IMG/VR virus record: IMGVR_UViG_3300012349_000007
Location: 1 to 55,820 of that record
DNA: 55,820 nt
From: a virus
Lineage: Duplodnaviria; Caudoviricetes
Reading direction: 5' to 3' (one strand)
Both the position numbers and the translations under genes were made by a program. The notes under the pieces are model-generated. The model saw nothing but the letters and a program-made list of their open reading frames with translations, made no database searches and had not been told where the DNA came from. Shown piece by piece: positions 10,501 to 20,089 of this stretch (positions are counted from its first letter, which is position 1; each line of letters starts with the position of its first letter).

Positions 10501-11863
10501 CTTTGCCTGTCAGGCTCAGCACTTGCCTGGCTTGCATCGTGCGACTCGTGAGGCTTGCCCCAGGCATGAGATTAGCAATTGCACCATAGAGGGTAGCAGG
10601 TTGCCAGGTTGCATTTCCATCAATGGAGGTGCTCATAGCGATAGCGGTATCAGTTGGCTGTGTCTGTACCCAGCTAATGAAGCTGGATTTGGCGATAGCA
10701 GCAGCGTCGAGCGCCGTAGTATTCGCTATCCGCGTGCCTGATTGCTCGTAGGCAATGACCGGTGTGAGCACGATATTGCTGTAGCCATTTGACTTGACGG
10801 TGCTATTCTGCGCCGGAGCCACGATGGAGGCATGTGGCCCGGTGCCCTGGTAGATCGTGAGGCTCGTGCTGCCCCCATTGGTGATGAGAATGTCCCTGAA
10901 GTAAGAGGTATATGCCCCCCCATTGTCCCCTTCAAACTCAGCGTTCACGAAGGACAGCGTTTTCCCGTGCAGCGTGGAGATATCGATGGTGCGACTGTAC
11001 CATTGATCGTTGGCAAAGCTGGATAAGTCGGTGTTTGGATGAGCTCGCAGGCCGTTCTGATCGACAATCGAGGTCGTATCCCTGATGGTTGTGCCGTCGC
11101 TGCATGTACCATCGATGCCGCTCATAATTTGCGGGCTATCTGAATCAATCCACACGGCATAGGTGAGTTGATCGCCAGTGACGATGGTATAGGAGCCACT
11201 CCATATCTTCTGATGCACAACGGCATTGCCAAAGTTATTGCCGCAATTGCCCGTCATCCGCAAGACAGAGACGGAGGCAAGCTGCAACTGATTGCCGGTG
11301 GTATCGAGATTGGAGAGTGAGAGGTTGGTATTCCAGTTGGTTGTCGTGCTCACGACCTGCGTTACAGGTGTCCCAGCCAGGGCTAATTCTAAATCTCCAT
11401 CATCGACATTCGAAGTCGGTACCACATTGGTGAGCGTACCGTCTCCCCATTCTGCCGTTGTGCTATCAAAGTCGATAGCATAGGCGCCGGTGATACCTTC
11501 TTGAGAGAGAATGCTGTTGATTTGGTCGGCCACAATCGTACCGGCGTACTGGTTGATATACGCCTTGTTGGAGGTGCGTTTCATCGCCAAATACACATTG
11601 TCGATGCAGTCGATTGACCACATTCTGTGTGCGTTGGGAGGCATTTTGACCGCTTTGGGCTTATTGACGTAGCCTTTGTACAGCACGCCCTGGACGCTAT
11701 CAGTGAGCACAACCGGTTGGCCTTTGGAGAAAGACGCATTCCCCGTAGGGTCGAGCACCGTGAAGCTGCAGCGGGATTGTTCGTCTACTTTGTCGGAAAG
11801 CTGCCAGGTCTGTTCCAGGATGTCCACGGAAGCGCCGCCGATAGTGGCTGTCATTATACTCAT
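7580..11863 (-). CDS. large tail tip or host specificity protein with lectin-like beta domains
   Basis: 1427 aa right after tape measure; hub-like termini around ConA/LamG-like segments (WHTLTVLV...IFLDG, YHRFRVTM...VYMDG). Confidence 0.8.
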   Translation of the reverse strand: MSIMTATIGGASVDILEQTWQLSDKVDEQSRCSFTVLDPTGNASFSKGQPVVLTDSVQGVLYKGYVNKPKAVKMPPNAHRMWSIDCIDNVYLAMKRTSNKAYINQYAGTIVADQINSILSQEGITGAYAIDFDSTTAEWGDGTLTNVVPTSNVDDGDLELALAGTPVTQVVSTTTNWNTNLSLSNLDTTGNQLQLASVSVLRMTGNCGNNFGNAVVHQKIWSGSYTIVTGDQLTYAVWIDSDSPQIMSGIDGTCSDGTTIRDTTSIVDQNGLRAHPNTDLSSFANDQWYSRTIDISTLHGKTLSFVNAEFEGDNGGAYTSYFRDILITNGGSTSLTIYQGTGPHASIVAPAQNSTVKSNGYSNIVLTPVIAYEQSGTRIANTTALDAAAIAKSSFISWVQTQPTDTAIAMSTSIDGNATWQPATLYGAIANLMPGASLTSRTMQARQVLSLTGKDPTVTPVITNYTWAVYPSYVATKSDTKQTWNSQSDWNAGTKTNITATSGGDLQITANLRNWNDASLANQTLYGGTGKAMAIYKGQLQLTVSNIADVRARLDDVGTWGPNFIASIDFQVTTSDAIGLSYLTTGWQDNNDTYAYKVDVRPYQISLSRGTNSSTGTGSRTPLGGSPITLTLTSGDWHTLTVLVSTSGGNTTHTIFLDGVQYISVVDNTWTAAGYFAPVMYNDSGATYSGYFDNFGVMPYQGVIPIPPTSYTLPNWVSQSVSLGSITVGNSVVFWDADVPSGGILNVLASVNGGAYTACTNGGVIPGLTAGTVLTSGTLQLKVQMQSPVASQQINLHGLTAWVSSAYTSTGTRVTPVLSLTPVGRIGSSLINWNAILATNTTLKVETSPDSSTWTDVTSSNGGAIPGYPSQVAPWIDTFGLVGTTYVPRVFGGTLTIPSTSASQYTSTFGSSGSAATWTWDTANKRLIAVGGNKAVLLYNGFTALDVDFFFDMNYSDQGGATWRWQGTSNYYTIVVSDASASSVPNTVKINKVVAGTPTQIGTANISFPRNTYHRFRVTMLGGTTNPVITVYMDGVSIITYTDSTSPFGAGSVGLRNVGNTSQFYQFNVQPLGNDATGANVYNRLTLTSTDPTATPQVQDVTMAVYGPSIGPGVLMPNPSYLLTFVDANLSDLARQSNYWWTIDQNLKVWFQANAATNAPWILDSSNAGTVVAGQSIGDVFVENLTLENSADLYRNRQTVKGAIDTATFTQKFIGDEQATTWNVANPLTKAPTIRLNGQLKTVGVQGVDTGKDFYYQAGSTAITQDSGGTLLVKTDTLTVTYTGDFEVNVTISNTGQFPGTTSIAQMAAIDNSSGIYEAVEDVSGQGMSKAAATTLANQLLVRYGKIGRTLTFKTVRQGLAPGQLLEVFVPEQNVTAGQFLITGIDTTASIVAGGALLYWYNVTATEGPNLGSAWKSLATMIQKKAA

Positions 11864-14800
11864 GCCACCTTCACCCCATGACTTCGCAGCCGATCAACCA
11901 CAACCTCTCCAACGTCATCGGCAATATAGTGCCCAATTTCGTGGCCTGCGATATGCACATGCACATGGACTTCGCGTTTGCCTCCACCAGTGCTACTTCC
12001 AACCGGCGTACTCACTGGCGCAGCACTCTGTACATGCATGGCCTGCCCTACTGGCCGCATCAAAAGATCAAGTGAGGCTTGCAAGAGCGGCTGGGATGCG
12101 ACAATCCCTTGTGAGATACCCTTGACCAGCGACGGCCCATACTCGTTCAGATGCGAGAGTTCGCCTTGCTTGGCCGGAGAATGCGGGAGCCACGAGCCAA
12201 TCAGGCCCGCGAGATTGCTCATAGCGTTGCTGACGTTGCCAAACATGGACGTAATGCCATTTATCACGCCCTGGATGAGGCTTTGTCCCCAACCGACTGC
12301 TTGACTGGCCAATCCTGAGAAGAAGCCACCTAGTTGACCGGCAAGCCCCTGCACAGCACTCATGGCCCGACCTGGGAGACTCGCAAAACTCGCAACAATG
12401 GACGTAATCATATCGGGAATGATGCTATGGCCGACGAGGGCATTATAGAGACCGGTAAACGAGTCCTCCAGCGATTTGATGAACCCGGCAGCTCCCTTCT
12501 TCACGGTATCAAACATCCCGCCAAAGAGATTTGTTACGATATCCTTCAGCGATCCGAGCGTTTTCCCGACATCCGTTTTCAGATTATCCCAGTCTTTCCC
12601 AAGCTCATCAAATTTGCCAGAGGTCAAATCCAGGACAAACTTCAGCATGTCGCTAAACACTTTTTTCACGTTCGTCGCGAAGTCTTGGCAGGACTTGGTA
12701 ACATTTGAGATCGTGTCAAGAAATCCGCTAAATCCTTTTGCCAGTCCAGTGATCCACGCCGCTGCAAGCATCATGGCCAGAAGCAGCGTCCCCCCAATAG
12801 CGAGAGCAAGCTGACCCAGAAGCGGTAAGAGTGGCTGTAAAACAGGCATGAAGCGTTGTATGGCCGGTATTAAATCATGTTGCAGCACTTTGGCGAAATC
12901 TTGCGCAGCAGGCCAAAGTGTCTTTTGGATGACGGTAGCAATTTGCCCAATCTTGTTGCCAATCCCGCCCCAATCGACCTTAGAGAGAGCATCGGCAATC
13001 TGGCCAATTTTGGCACCAACCGCGCCCCAGTCCACTTTAGAAAGAGCGCCCCACACGTTTTGCACGGCCGTCTGTAAGCCGTGCCATATCGCGCCCCAGT
13101 CAATGGATGTCAGAAAGTCAACGACTCGCTTGACACCCGTGAAAAAGTCAATCCATGGGCCTTGAGCCTTCTCCGCAACATGGGTGATATTGGCCAAACC
13201 AGTTTTTGTGCGGTCAAAAGCATCACTAATCGGTGGAATGACGGGCGCGAGTGCTGCGAGAGCGGTCTTGGTGCGGTCAAAGGCGTCAGCAATCGGCTGT
13301 ATCAGGGGCGACATGCCCGCCAAAGCCGATTTCGTCCTATCAAACGCATCATTGACCGGTGACAAAACCGGAGCCAGTTTCTGAACGGGATTGAAGACCT
13401 GATTGAAGGCGTCTCCAATTGCCCCCAGGATGCCCGCCAGTCCCTTACTGCTCGTCACCCAGTTCCCAAATGCCGTGATAAGCGGGTTGATCTTATCCAT
13501 GAGGCCAGACAGGACAGGCAAGAGTAGCGTGCCGATCTTAATCCCCACAACTTCCAACGCAGCCCCAGCCTGTGCCATTTTCGTGTTGAAGTCGCCCTGG
13601 ACATTGGCCCATCCGGTAATCGCGTTCCCGCCCTTCTTTACCGAGTCGGCGATCCCATTCACATTGTCCTGGAACGTCTTGAGGTGCGTCCCTGTAAGCT
13701 CAAGAGCTCCTTGCAGTTGCTTTGTGCCGCCAAATATGTTCTTCAAGGCGTCGATATAAGCCGCTGAACCTTCGGGAAATTTCTTGCCCACTGCATCCGT
13801 GATGAGTTGCATCGCCCCAGGCAGGGACACCTTCATTTCTGAGGCGACTTGTTGTGTGGTGAGACCCACCGATTTGAGCGTGGTAGATGCGGCTTTGGAC
13901 GGCGCTTCCAAAGCAAGGATGGTTTGCCGCAAGTACGTAGCAGCAGAGGCCGCATCGGTACCCTCGCCTGTCATGGTGGCCAGTGCCCCAGCGGTATCTC
14001 TGAATGAGACGCCAGCAGCAGCGGCTGTCGGCAAGATGGTAGAGAACGCGGTTGAAAGATCGGCTACATGGGTTTTGCCCTCGCTAACAGCGGCTATAAG
14101 CGTATTGGTGGCTTGAGCAGCCGTGAGCCCAGTAGCCGCATAATCGGTCATGGCCGTGGTGACACCGTTGGCTACATCGGCCAGATCAGCCGAGCCGACC
14201 TTCGCCCCCTCAGCAGCGGCGGTCAGCACTTCAAGCCCTTTTGCGCCGTGGAAGCCCGCTGACTCTATTTGATACATACCGGCAATGAGCGAGCCCGTGG
14301 TTTGTCCCACTTTGGGAGCCAGGGCTAAGATGCCATCGCCGACCATCTGGATATTTTTTTGCGCTTCACCGGCTCCTGTGACGAGCGAGGTCAGCCCGGC
14401 CTGGAAATCACCTGCTAATTTCGCAGAGACACCTGCTACGGCAATGCCAACGACGCCGACCACAGCGGCAACAATGGCTAAAGCGGTGGCAATGCCAGCG
14501 GCAATATCAATCAAGGTTGTGGCACTGGCGGATGCTGCATCTTCAGCAGCAGCGAGGATATCAAAACCTATGGATGCCCTATCAGCAGCGGCCCCTGCCC
14601 GGTTAATGGCCGTTGCAAGAGCGTCATGGGCGGCATTCGCGCCATCAGCCGCCTGTGCTGTAGCCAGGAAGGCCATTTCGACATCCGCTTGACTGGCGGC
14701 AAGCGCGCTCATAGCGCCTGTGGTATCGGTCGCTGTAGCAGCAAAGCCTGCCAGCGTGCTCCCCGTTTCGGCTACAGCCACGTTCAGGGCGACAATGTTG

Positions 14801-14994
14801 TCTTCAGCATCAACCAGGGCAGGGACAAGCGCCGAGACCGCTTCATCAATGGTCGCAAAAGACGCATCGACACTGGCAGCCATCTCTGCTGCCACCGGTG
14901 TCATGCTCTCTACTGCTGCGTTCGCTTGCGCTATGCCCTCCTCAAGAGAGGCCATCTCCGCGGCATACCGCACGACCATTTCCTGTACGAGCAC
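11860..14994 (-). CDS. tape measure protein (TP901-like core)
   Basis: 1044 aa, Ala/Gly-rich helical, 21 aa DAFDRTK repeats and W-spaced repeats, follows tail chaperone. Confidence 0.95.
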   Translation of the reverse strand: MLVQEMVVRYAAEMASLEEGIAQANAAVESMTPVAAEMAASVDASFATIDEAVSALVPALVDAEDNIVALNVAVAETGSTLAGFAATATDTTGAMSALAASQADVEMAFLATAQAADGANAAHDALATAINRAGAAADRASIGFDILAAAEDAASASATTLIDIAAGIATALAIVAAVVGVVGIAVAGVSAKLAGDFQAGLTSLVTGAGEAQKNIQMVGDGILALAPKVGQTTGSLIAGMYQIESAGFHGAKGLEVLTAAAEGAKVGSADLADVANGVTTAMTDYAATGLTAAQATNTLIAAVSEGKTHVADLSTAFSTILPTAAAAGVSFRDTAGALATMTGEGTDAASAATYLRQTILALEAPSKAASTTLKSVGLTTQQVASEMKVSLPGAMQLITDAVGKKFPEGSAAYIDALKNIFGGTKQLQGALELTGTHLKTFQDNVNGIADSVKKGGNAITGWANVQGDFNTKMAQAGAALEVVGIKIGTLLLPVLSGLMDKINPLITAFGNWVTSSKGLAGILGAIGDAFNQVFNPVQKLAPVLSPVNDAFDRTKSALAGMSPLIQPIADAFDRTKTALAALAPVIPPISDAFDRTKTGLANITHVAEKAQGPWIDFFTGVKRVVDFLTSIDWGAIWHGLQTAVQNVWGALSKVDWGAVGAKIGQIADALSKVDWGGIGNKIGQIATVIQKTLWPAAQDFAKVLQHDLIPAIQRFMPVLQPLLPLLGQLALAIGGTLLLAMMLAAAWITGLAKGFSGFLDTISNVTKSCQDFATNVKKVFSDMLKFVLDLTSGKFDELGKDWDNLKTDVGKTLGSLKDIVTNLFGGMFDTVKKGAAGFIKSLEDSFTGLYNALVGHSIIPDMITSIVASFASLPGRAMSAVQGLAGQLGGFFSGLASQAVGWGQSLIQGVINGITSMFGNVSNAMSNLAGLIGSWLPHSPAKQGELSHLNEYGPSLVKGISQGIVASQPLLQASLDLLMRPVGQAMHVQSAAPVSTPVGSSTGGGKREVHVHVHIAGHEIGHYIADDVGEVVVDRLRSHGVKVA

Positions 14995-15016
14995 TCTATT
15001 ACGCTTTCCCTACTAC

Positions 15017-15217
15017 TTACTTATCCTTAGCGGCTGCTTCATCTTCTAATTGGAAGATTGCCGCCCAATCTGATATCTCATCACTCGCCATACGCGCCAG
15101 CATTTCGCGTACCGTCATGCCACCGATGGTTCTGGTGATGCGGTGGTAGAGGCCGCGCTCGGAGCCGCCTCCACTATCGTCCCCGTCGTCATCGTCTCCC
15201 CGGAAGTACTTTTTTTT
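15017..15217 (-). CDS. -1 frameshift extension of the tail chaperone (gpGT-like)
   Basis: A8 slippery run (T run 15210-15217). The -1 frame reads KYFRGDDDD...MTVREMLARMASDEISDWAAIFQLEDEAAAKDK to TAA 15019-15017. Confidence 0.85.
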   Translation of the reverse strand, partial: KKKYFRGDDDDGDDSGGGSERGLYHRITRTIGGMTVREMLARMASDEISDWAAIFQLEDEAAAKDK

Positions 15218-15693
15218 GACTCAATTTGCTCAGGGAGCAAGCCTGAAAGCCGCGAGGCCACCTGTGCCACGAGTTCGAGTACCGCGCCGGATGTCTTGTT
15301 CAAGTTGTCTCTATCCGGCAATTGGAAGATCAATTGCCCGGCCTGCGGGTCGCTGGCAACGTTCTGCATCAGTGCCATAAACTCTGGCAGGTGCGGATGC
15401 GGTATCGTGCGCGTCACTTCATCCCCGTTTTCATCAAGTTCTTTGACTTCCACCGGATCAACCACACAATCAGCATCGACATATCGCGTCGAGACAATGA
15501 CAAGATGAGGATAGAGCGTCTTCTGATTGATCTTTTTTGTCTTGAGATTGAAATTCGCCTCGATGAGCGCGCTTCGCTCTTCCCCGGTGAGCTCCTGGAC
15601 CATGACCCAGGCTTCCCATGCATCCACCCACAAGCCCTTTTTCCTGAACTTAATATCCCCGCTCAGCACTTTTTGCCGTAGATCGATAGACAT
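15115..15693 (-). CDS. tail assembly chaperone (gpG-like)
   Basis: Between tail tube and tape measure, VMVQELTGEER motif. Confidence 0.85.
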   Translation of the reverse strand: MSIDLRQKVLSGDIKFRKKGLWVDAWEAWVMVQELTGEERSALIEANFNLKTKKINQKTLYPHLVIVSTRYVDADCVVDPVEVKELDENGDEVTRTIPHPHLPEFMALMQNVASDPQAGQLIFQLPDRDNLNKTSGAVLELVAQVASRLSGLLPEQIESKKSTSGETMTTGTIVEAAPSAASTTASPEPSVA

Positions 15694-15723
15694 CGGTTAT
15701 TATTTCCCTTCAAATCATAACTT

Positions 15724-16371
15724 TTAAACCAAATAGAAGGCACCTGAAACCTGAAACTCCAAATCTTCCTCTACGAGTCCATCCATGGCCGCCTTGATGC
15801 CATCGGACTTGGTAGTTGCGTAGGCTTCCATCCGATTCGTACCGGCCACATCCGGAAGCAGCGAAAGCACATAGCGTGTAGCAGCCGTGATAGCCGCCAG
15901 AAACGTATTGTCTGTGTTCCACTTCGTGATTTTGAGCGTGGTCATATTCGTGGTAGGCAGAAAAGTACTCCACTTGACCGCTGTGCCGCTTGTGGTGAAA
16001 GAGGTTGTTTCCATCATTTTGGCTGCAGCACTCACATCGGCCTTGGTCGCATCGGCCATAGCTGAGTAGGGCAGATAGGAACCGGCATTGATGCGCACCT
16101 GCGTGCCACTGGTCAGGGCAGGGGTAAATTTGATCTTTGCGCCAACATACTGGATGCTATAGAGCGTGGGGCTAATCGTTGTCCAGGTTGTCCCATCGGG
16201 CGACGTTTGCACCGTGGTCGCTACGCTGTCATCCAAGTAGCGTTTCGTGGACGTCGGCGTATAGTTGATATGGTCGCCAGAGTCGGTATAAGCCGCTGGT
16301 GAACCTGTGCTGATAGTGACACCCACGCCTGTAATCAATATTTGGGCATTTAAGCCAGCTTTTGCTGTCAT
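15724..16371 (-). CDS. tail tube protein paralog with inserted domain
   Basis: N-terminus AKAGLNAQI and C-terminus EEDLEFQVSG match 16382-16786. Confidence 0.65.
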   Translation of the reverse strand: MTAKAGLNAQILITGVGVTISTGSPAAYTDSGDHINYTPTSTKRYLDDSVATTVQTSPDGTTWTTISPTLYSIQYVGAKIKFTPALTSGTQVRINAGSYLPYSAMADATKADVSAAAKMMETTSFTTSGTAVKWSTFLPTTNMTTLKITKWNTDNTFLAAITAATRYVLSLLPDVAGTNRMEAYATTKSDGIKAAMDGLVEEDLEFQVSGAFYLV

Positions 16372-16381
16372 ATCTCACCCC

Positions 16382-16786
16382 TTACGCGGTGTAGGTGACT
16401 GCGCCGGTGGCCTGGAATTCCAGCGCTACGGTTTCTGCTGCGCCCACATCGAGCTTCGGGTTGAAGCTCTTGAGGTAGGCAGAGATACCAAATGCACTGG
16501 TAGCGGTAACGCCAGTCAGTACGCTCAAGGTCAAGAGAGCGCCAGTAGCCACGCTGTTGAAGAAGGCCAACTGCCCGTTGGTGTCGGTCATATCTAAGTT
16601 GGCCTCTGCCTTGAGTGAAGCATTCGCCAGTCCTGGAATGAATGTCTCGGCATTGGAGCCTGCGTTTCCGGTCATCTTGGTGGTCGCGTATTGCGCCACG
16701 TTGATGGGCAAGTCCATTTTCATGATCTCTGCGACCACATTGGCACCACTTTTCAATTGCGCTTTATAGCCGGGTGAAGCTGCCAT
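16382..16786 (-). CDS. major tail tube protein
   Basis: ETFIPGL...ETVALEFQATG tube-like pattern; synteny. Confidence 0.75.
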   Translation of the reverse strand: MAASPGYKAQLKSGANVVAEIMKMDLPINVAQYATTKMTGNAGSNAETFIPGLANASLKAEANLDMTDTNGQLAFFNSVATGALLTLSVLTGVTATSAFGISAYLKSFNPKLDVGAAETVALEFQATGAVTYTA

Positions 16787-16800
16787 AATTTAAACCCTTT

Positions 16801-17235
16801 CTACTCTTGAGTAAAAGCCCTGTACCTGATAGGAACATGTTGTAAGCGCCCACGCGCATCTTCATCATTCATCGTCTGCAAGCCATCGTACATGGTGGCA
16901 ATGGATTGTTGTGTAGGCAATGTGAGCGTCTGCTGATCGAATAATTGGTTGAGCCGATTAGCGATGAGAAACGCCTGTTGGAAGCCGCCTTGCCGTGTCC
17001 AGATGTGCAACGTCATCGTTGCCTCATAGCCTCGATGCTGCAAAGCGTTCCAAGGAACCTCCGTTATATCGCCCAGTGTCACGTAGTCGTAGGGCTGGTC
17101 TTCTGGCACGCCTGACTGGTCAAATATGCCGGTAAGCCCCAGCGCTGCAAGTCCACTCTCGAGCGTTCCCCCTGGTACCATGACCGCATAGAATGCGGTC
17201 GGTAGTTCGGCTCCGGCTGTCTGACTTACTGGCAT
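16801..17235 (-). CDS. tail completion or terminator protein (DUF3168-like)
   Basis: IFDQ..VPEDQPYDYVTLG...TLHIWTR motif; synteny. Confidence 0.8.
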   Translation of the reverse strand: MPVSQTAGAELPTAFYAVMVPGGTLESGLAALGLTGIFDQSGVPEDQPYDYVTLGDITEVPWNALQHRGYEATMTLHIWTRQGGFQQAFLIANRLNQLFDQQTLTLPTQQSIATMYDGLQTMNDEDARGRLQHVPIRYRAFTQE

Positions 17236-17238
17236 GGC

Positions 17239-17607
17239 TTACACTTTCATCGCTTCTAATTGGTCAACCATCCATACGCGGTTTCGCTCGAAGGCCGGAA
17301 ACAGGGCAGGCCGGGCAGCGACAAAGCTTCCTGAGCGGGTGTGATGCCCAAACTCGATAGGTGGCGCATAGGGCACGTCACTGCCAACGGTAGAGGACAA
17401 ATCCTCTTGTGTGGCCTGATAGGAGGCTCGTAGCCGTCCAGTCTTCACCGCGCCTTGATCGGTCAGGTTCTTTTGCGTATCAGTCACAGTGTTATCGCCT
17501 GTCTGATGGATAATATCATTGGCCTGACTGCGCATTTTCGCTGTGGCTTGCCTGAACGCTGCTATGGCTTCATTGCCACCCGTAATCGTGACTGAAAAGC
17601 TACTCAT
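17239..17607 (-). CDS. HK97 gp10-like tail component
   Basis: VKTGRLRAS...YAPPIEFGH...ARPALFPAF. Confidence 0.85.
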   Translation of the reverse strand: MSSFSVTITGGNEAIAAFRQATAKMRSQANDIIHQTGDNTVTDTQKNLTDQGAVKTGRLRASYQATQEDLSSTVGSDVPYAPPIEFGHHTRSGSFVAARPALFPAFERNRVWMVDQLEAMKV

Positions 17608-18008
17608 GATGCTCCTTGCCCCAGCCGATTGACTTCTACCCGTCGCACGATCTCAAATGATGTTGGGTCAAAGGACGCTGTAACCTCGTAGATCGTGGTT
17701 GTGCCTGTGCTTGCCGACACAACCTGTAATCTATCGGTATCGAGAACAACCGTTCCTCGTGGGAACAGCATCATTTTGATGGTTGCACTCTCCAATGACC
17801 CGCCTTTGACTTGCTCCATACCCATCTTGCGTAGATCGATGACTGCGCATGGCACTGTAGACGTTTGCGGTACATAGGTATCGACATATCCACCGCTAGC
17901 ATTGCGCACCCGAGACAAGTTCAGGATCGTACAGGTATCTCGCAGTGCCAAACCTTGCGCTAATGCGGCAAGACTGGTAAGGTCAGCATCGGATAGCATT
18001 GCTGGCAT
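17604..18008 (-). CDS. head-tail adaptor or head closure protein
   Basis: CTI...NASGGY...VPC...DRL pattern; synteny. Confidence 0.7.
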   Translation of the reverse strand: MPAMLSDADLTSLAALAQGLALRDTCTILNLSRVRNASGGYVDTYVPQTSTVPCAVIDLRKMGMEQVKGGSLESATIKMMLFPRGTVVLDTDRLQVVSASTGTTTIYEVTASFDPTSFEIVRRVEVNRLGQGAS

Positions 18009-18439
18009 TAGCTAAAGTCTCCTAACGTCGGCTCCAAGAAGTCCAGTTCCATGCGCCCAAGCTGGAATTGCGGTGTATCCACTGCAAAGCCAAGTGACGT
18101 GCATTCCACTTTCGCGTCATCCAGCAGTGCCTTGATCTGATTAGCTGCCTGAGATCGGAACGCCTGTAAGCTGCCCGCAATGTTGGTATCAAACCTGATA
18201 GCGAACGCCCTCGCAAACCGCTTCAGTGCGTAGTAGTTGAGCAATGCCAGGTAGCCGACAATCTGCGTTTGAGGGACATCCTGCGTCAGCAGTACGTCCT
18301 CTGTGTAGCCCAGTTGCCGAAGAGACATGTCAATGGCAGTCGAATAACAATCTCCGAGTTGTTGTGGCGTGAAATTGATCTCAGTCGCCAACTCGTTGAA
18401 TTCCTCAGTTAGCCAGGTTGTTGCAGCAGATCGCAGCAT
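18008..18439 (-). CDS. head-tail connector protein
   Basis: Helical 143 aa protein between capsid and adaptor genes. Confidence 0.6.
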   Translation of the reverse strand: MLRSAATTWLTEEFNELATEINFTPQQLGDCYSTAIDMSLRQLGYTEDVLLTQDVPQTQIVGYLALLNYYALKRFARAFAIRFDTNIAGSLQAFRSQAANQIKALLDDAKVECTSLGFAVDTPQFQLGRMELDFLEPTLGDFS

Positions 18440-18442
18440 CGT

Positions 18443-18709
18443 TTATTGATTTTCCTCTTGCCATGCTTTGGGAATTGCCCAGCCGTTGCGCTTGGCTTTC
18501 CTGATCGTACAGGCTTTGATATCAGCTTGTGCCGATGGTGAAGCCTTGCCGATGAGAGAGGCTACTCCGCGCACATCGGAAGAGTCCAGGACGGGATACG
18601 TCCTGTTCGGGCCACAAAACGCGCTAGCGGGCAATCGGTCTCTCTGCGCCTGAGTGAGATTACTCAATGCCTTAGTCCTTCTGGTTCTTGTGGGGTACTC
18701 CCTCGGCAT
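18443..18709 (-). CDS. small basic protein, DUF6582-like
   Basis: LTQAQRDRLPASAFCGPNRTYPVLD motif, recognised by eye. Confidence 0.55.
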   Translation of the reverse strand: MPREYPTRTRRTKALSNLTQAQRDRLPASAFCGPNRTYPVLDSSDVRGVASLIGKASPSAQADIKACTIRKAKRNGWAIPKAWQEENQ

Positions 18710-18926
18710 TGACGTAAATTCCGTTTACCTTGTAGCGCCCGCCAGCCCGAAGCGTGCCATCGCTGTTCATCACCGCCGGATACTGGGTCTCTTCGTCTTT
18801 TTGCTGCTCTTCAGCAATCCGGGCCGCTTCCGCTATGGCCCTTTGCGTCTGAGACACAGAGTCAAGCACGACCACTTGCTGGGGCTGCTGCTCTTGCGGT
18901 GGATTCTTCGTGGTGTCATCTGCCAT
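18672..18926 (-). CDS. hypothetical head-region protein
   Basis: AAGGAG RBS; GGRYKVNGIYVNAEG motif. Confidence 0.6.
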   Translation of the reverse strand: MADDTTKNPPQEQQPQQVVVLDSVSQTQRAIAEAARIAEEQQKDEETQYPAVMNSDGTLRAGGRYKVNGIYVNAEGVPHKNQKD

Positions 18927-18941
18927 ATTCTTATCTCCTTT

Positions 18942-18983
18942 GACGTAATTTTGCTGGTCATAAAATTGCAGCAAAATTACGTC
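18942..18983. terminator. 15 bp perfect hairpin after the major capsid gene (terminator or mRNA stabiliser)
   Basis: GACGTAATTTTGCTG-N12-CAGCAAAATTACGTC. Confidence 0.6.
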
Positions 18984-18998
18984 GGTTCATCAATCGGC

Positions 18999-20069
18999 TT
19001 ACAGCGTGGATAGAGCAGGGGCTACGTATGAGCCACCGCCAGTATAAAGCACAGCAGCAGCCACGCGATTCCACACCCCAAAACCGAATTCACGGCCATA
19101 CGAGCGGGCTCTGAGTGGGAAAATCTCATTGTCGAACAGAAGGTTCAAGTCACCACTACCCGCGTTCCTCGTGCGCATCACGACCGCCCGCTGGGGGGTA
19201 TTGACTTGCATCGCTACCATGTAGTTCGCAGGTATCCAGGGTTTTACCCATATCTCCGAAGGGCCAAAGATGCCAATAGCCCTGTTCGTCAGATTCTCAA
19301 TATCCAGCGATGCATTGGTAGCATTCGTGGTCTGAATGGTTGGCGTAAGTCTCGCATCGAAGTAGGGGTAAAAGCCGGTCAGGGCTCGTACAGAGGCTTC
19401 TGATGCCTGGTTGATGAGCACCAGCGTCTTACCGGTCAGGAAGTGCTCAATGACGGTATTATTCAGCGCTGTGAGATCGGACGCTGCGAACGAAGCCGTT
19501 GCGAGATAGTGCGTATGCGTCGAACCGTTGAAGGTCGAGCCGTCGGGCGCTATCGGAATGGCCGCACCGTCAGCATTCACGAGGGCCTTCACCGGAAGTT
19601 GCACGTGGTCTACGCGCCTGTCCTCAAAGGTGACATTGGTGGGCAGCAGCAATGCTGCTTTCAATTGCTTATGAACGTTCTTTACATCGGCGTCCATCAT
19701 GGCGTCGACCTGAGCGGCAATCTCTGCGCCGGTGGCGTTCTGGAAGTACACACGAGACCACTGTAAGCTTCCACCGTAGAACTTCATCGGGAAGCCGATA
19801 GTCGCGCCAGGGGTGATCTTCTGTGCGCCGGGTGTTCCGTACTCGTCCAACTCTTCCATAGCCATGGAGTCCGGGCCACCATACCGACGCAATCGGTCAG
19901 TGGTCATCTCCACAAAATCAGTCATTGCCTCTTGGAGCAATGCGCTATGCGTTTTGAGAGCGGCGTCAATGCTCTCAAACGCCACATCCTCGCCAATTTC
20001 TGCAACCACGTTACTCGCAGCACGCAGAGAGGCAAGGGTATCTAAACTATTTAATGTGCCATAAGGCAT
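18999..20069 (-). CDS. major capsid protein
   Basis: 356 aa after scaffold and cement genes; C-terminal REFGFGVWNRVAAAVL. Confidence 0.85.
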   Translation of the reverse strand: MPYGTLNSLDTLASLRAASNVVAEIGEDVAFESIDAALKTHSALLQEAMTDFVEMTTDRLRRYGGPDSMAMEELDEYGTPGAQKITPGATIGFPMKFYGGSLQWSRVYFQNATGAEIAAQVDAMMDADVKNVHKQLKAALLLPTNVTFEDRRVDHVQLPVKALVNADGAAIPIAPDGSTFNGSTHTHYLATASFAASDLTALNNTVIEHFLTGKTLVLINQASEASVRALTGFYPYFDARLTPTIQTTNATNASLDIENLTNRAIGIFGPSEIWVKPWIPANYMVAMQVNTPQRAVVMRTRNAGSGDLNLLFDNEIFPLRARSYGREFGFGVWNRVAAAVLYTGGGSYVAPALSTL

Positions 20070-20089
20070 AGCTTTCTATCCTTCCTTGC

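Noticed and set aside
2956-11863. Diversity-generating retroelement or invertible tail fibre cassette
   Set aside because: No reverse transcriptase, no TR/VR pair and no inverted cassette ends seen
13200-13360. 63 bp periodic repeats
   Set aside because: Ordinary tape measure peptide repeats (DAFDRTK)
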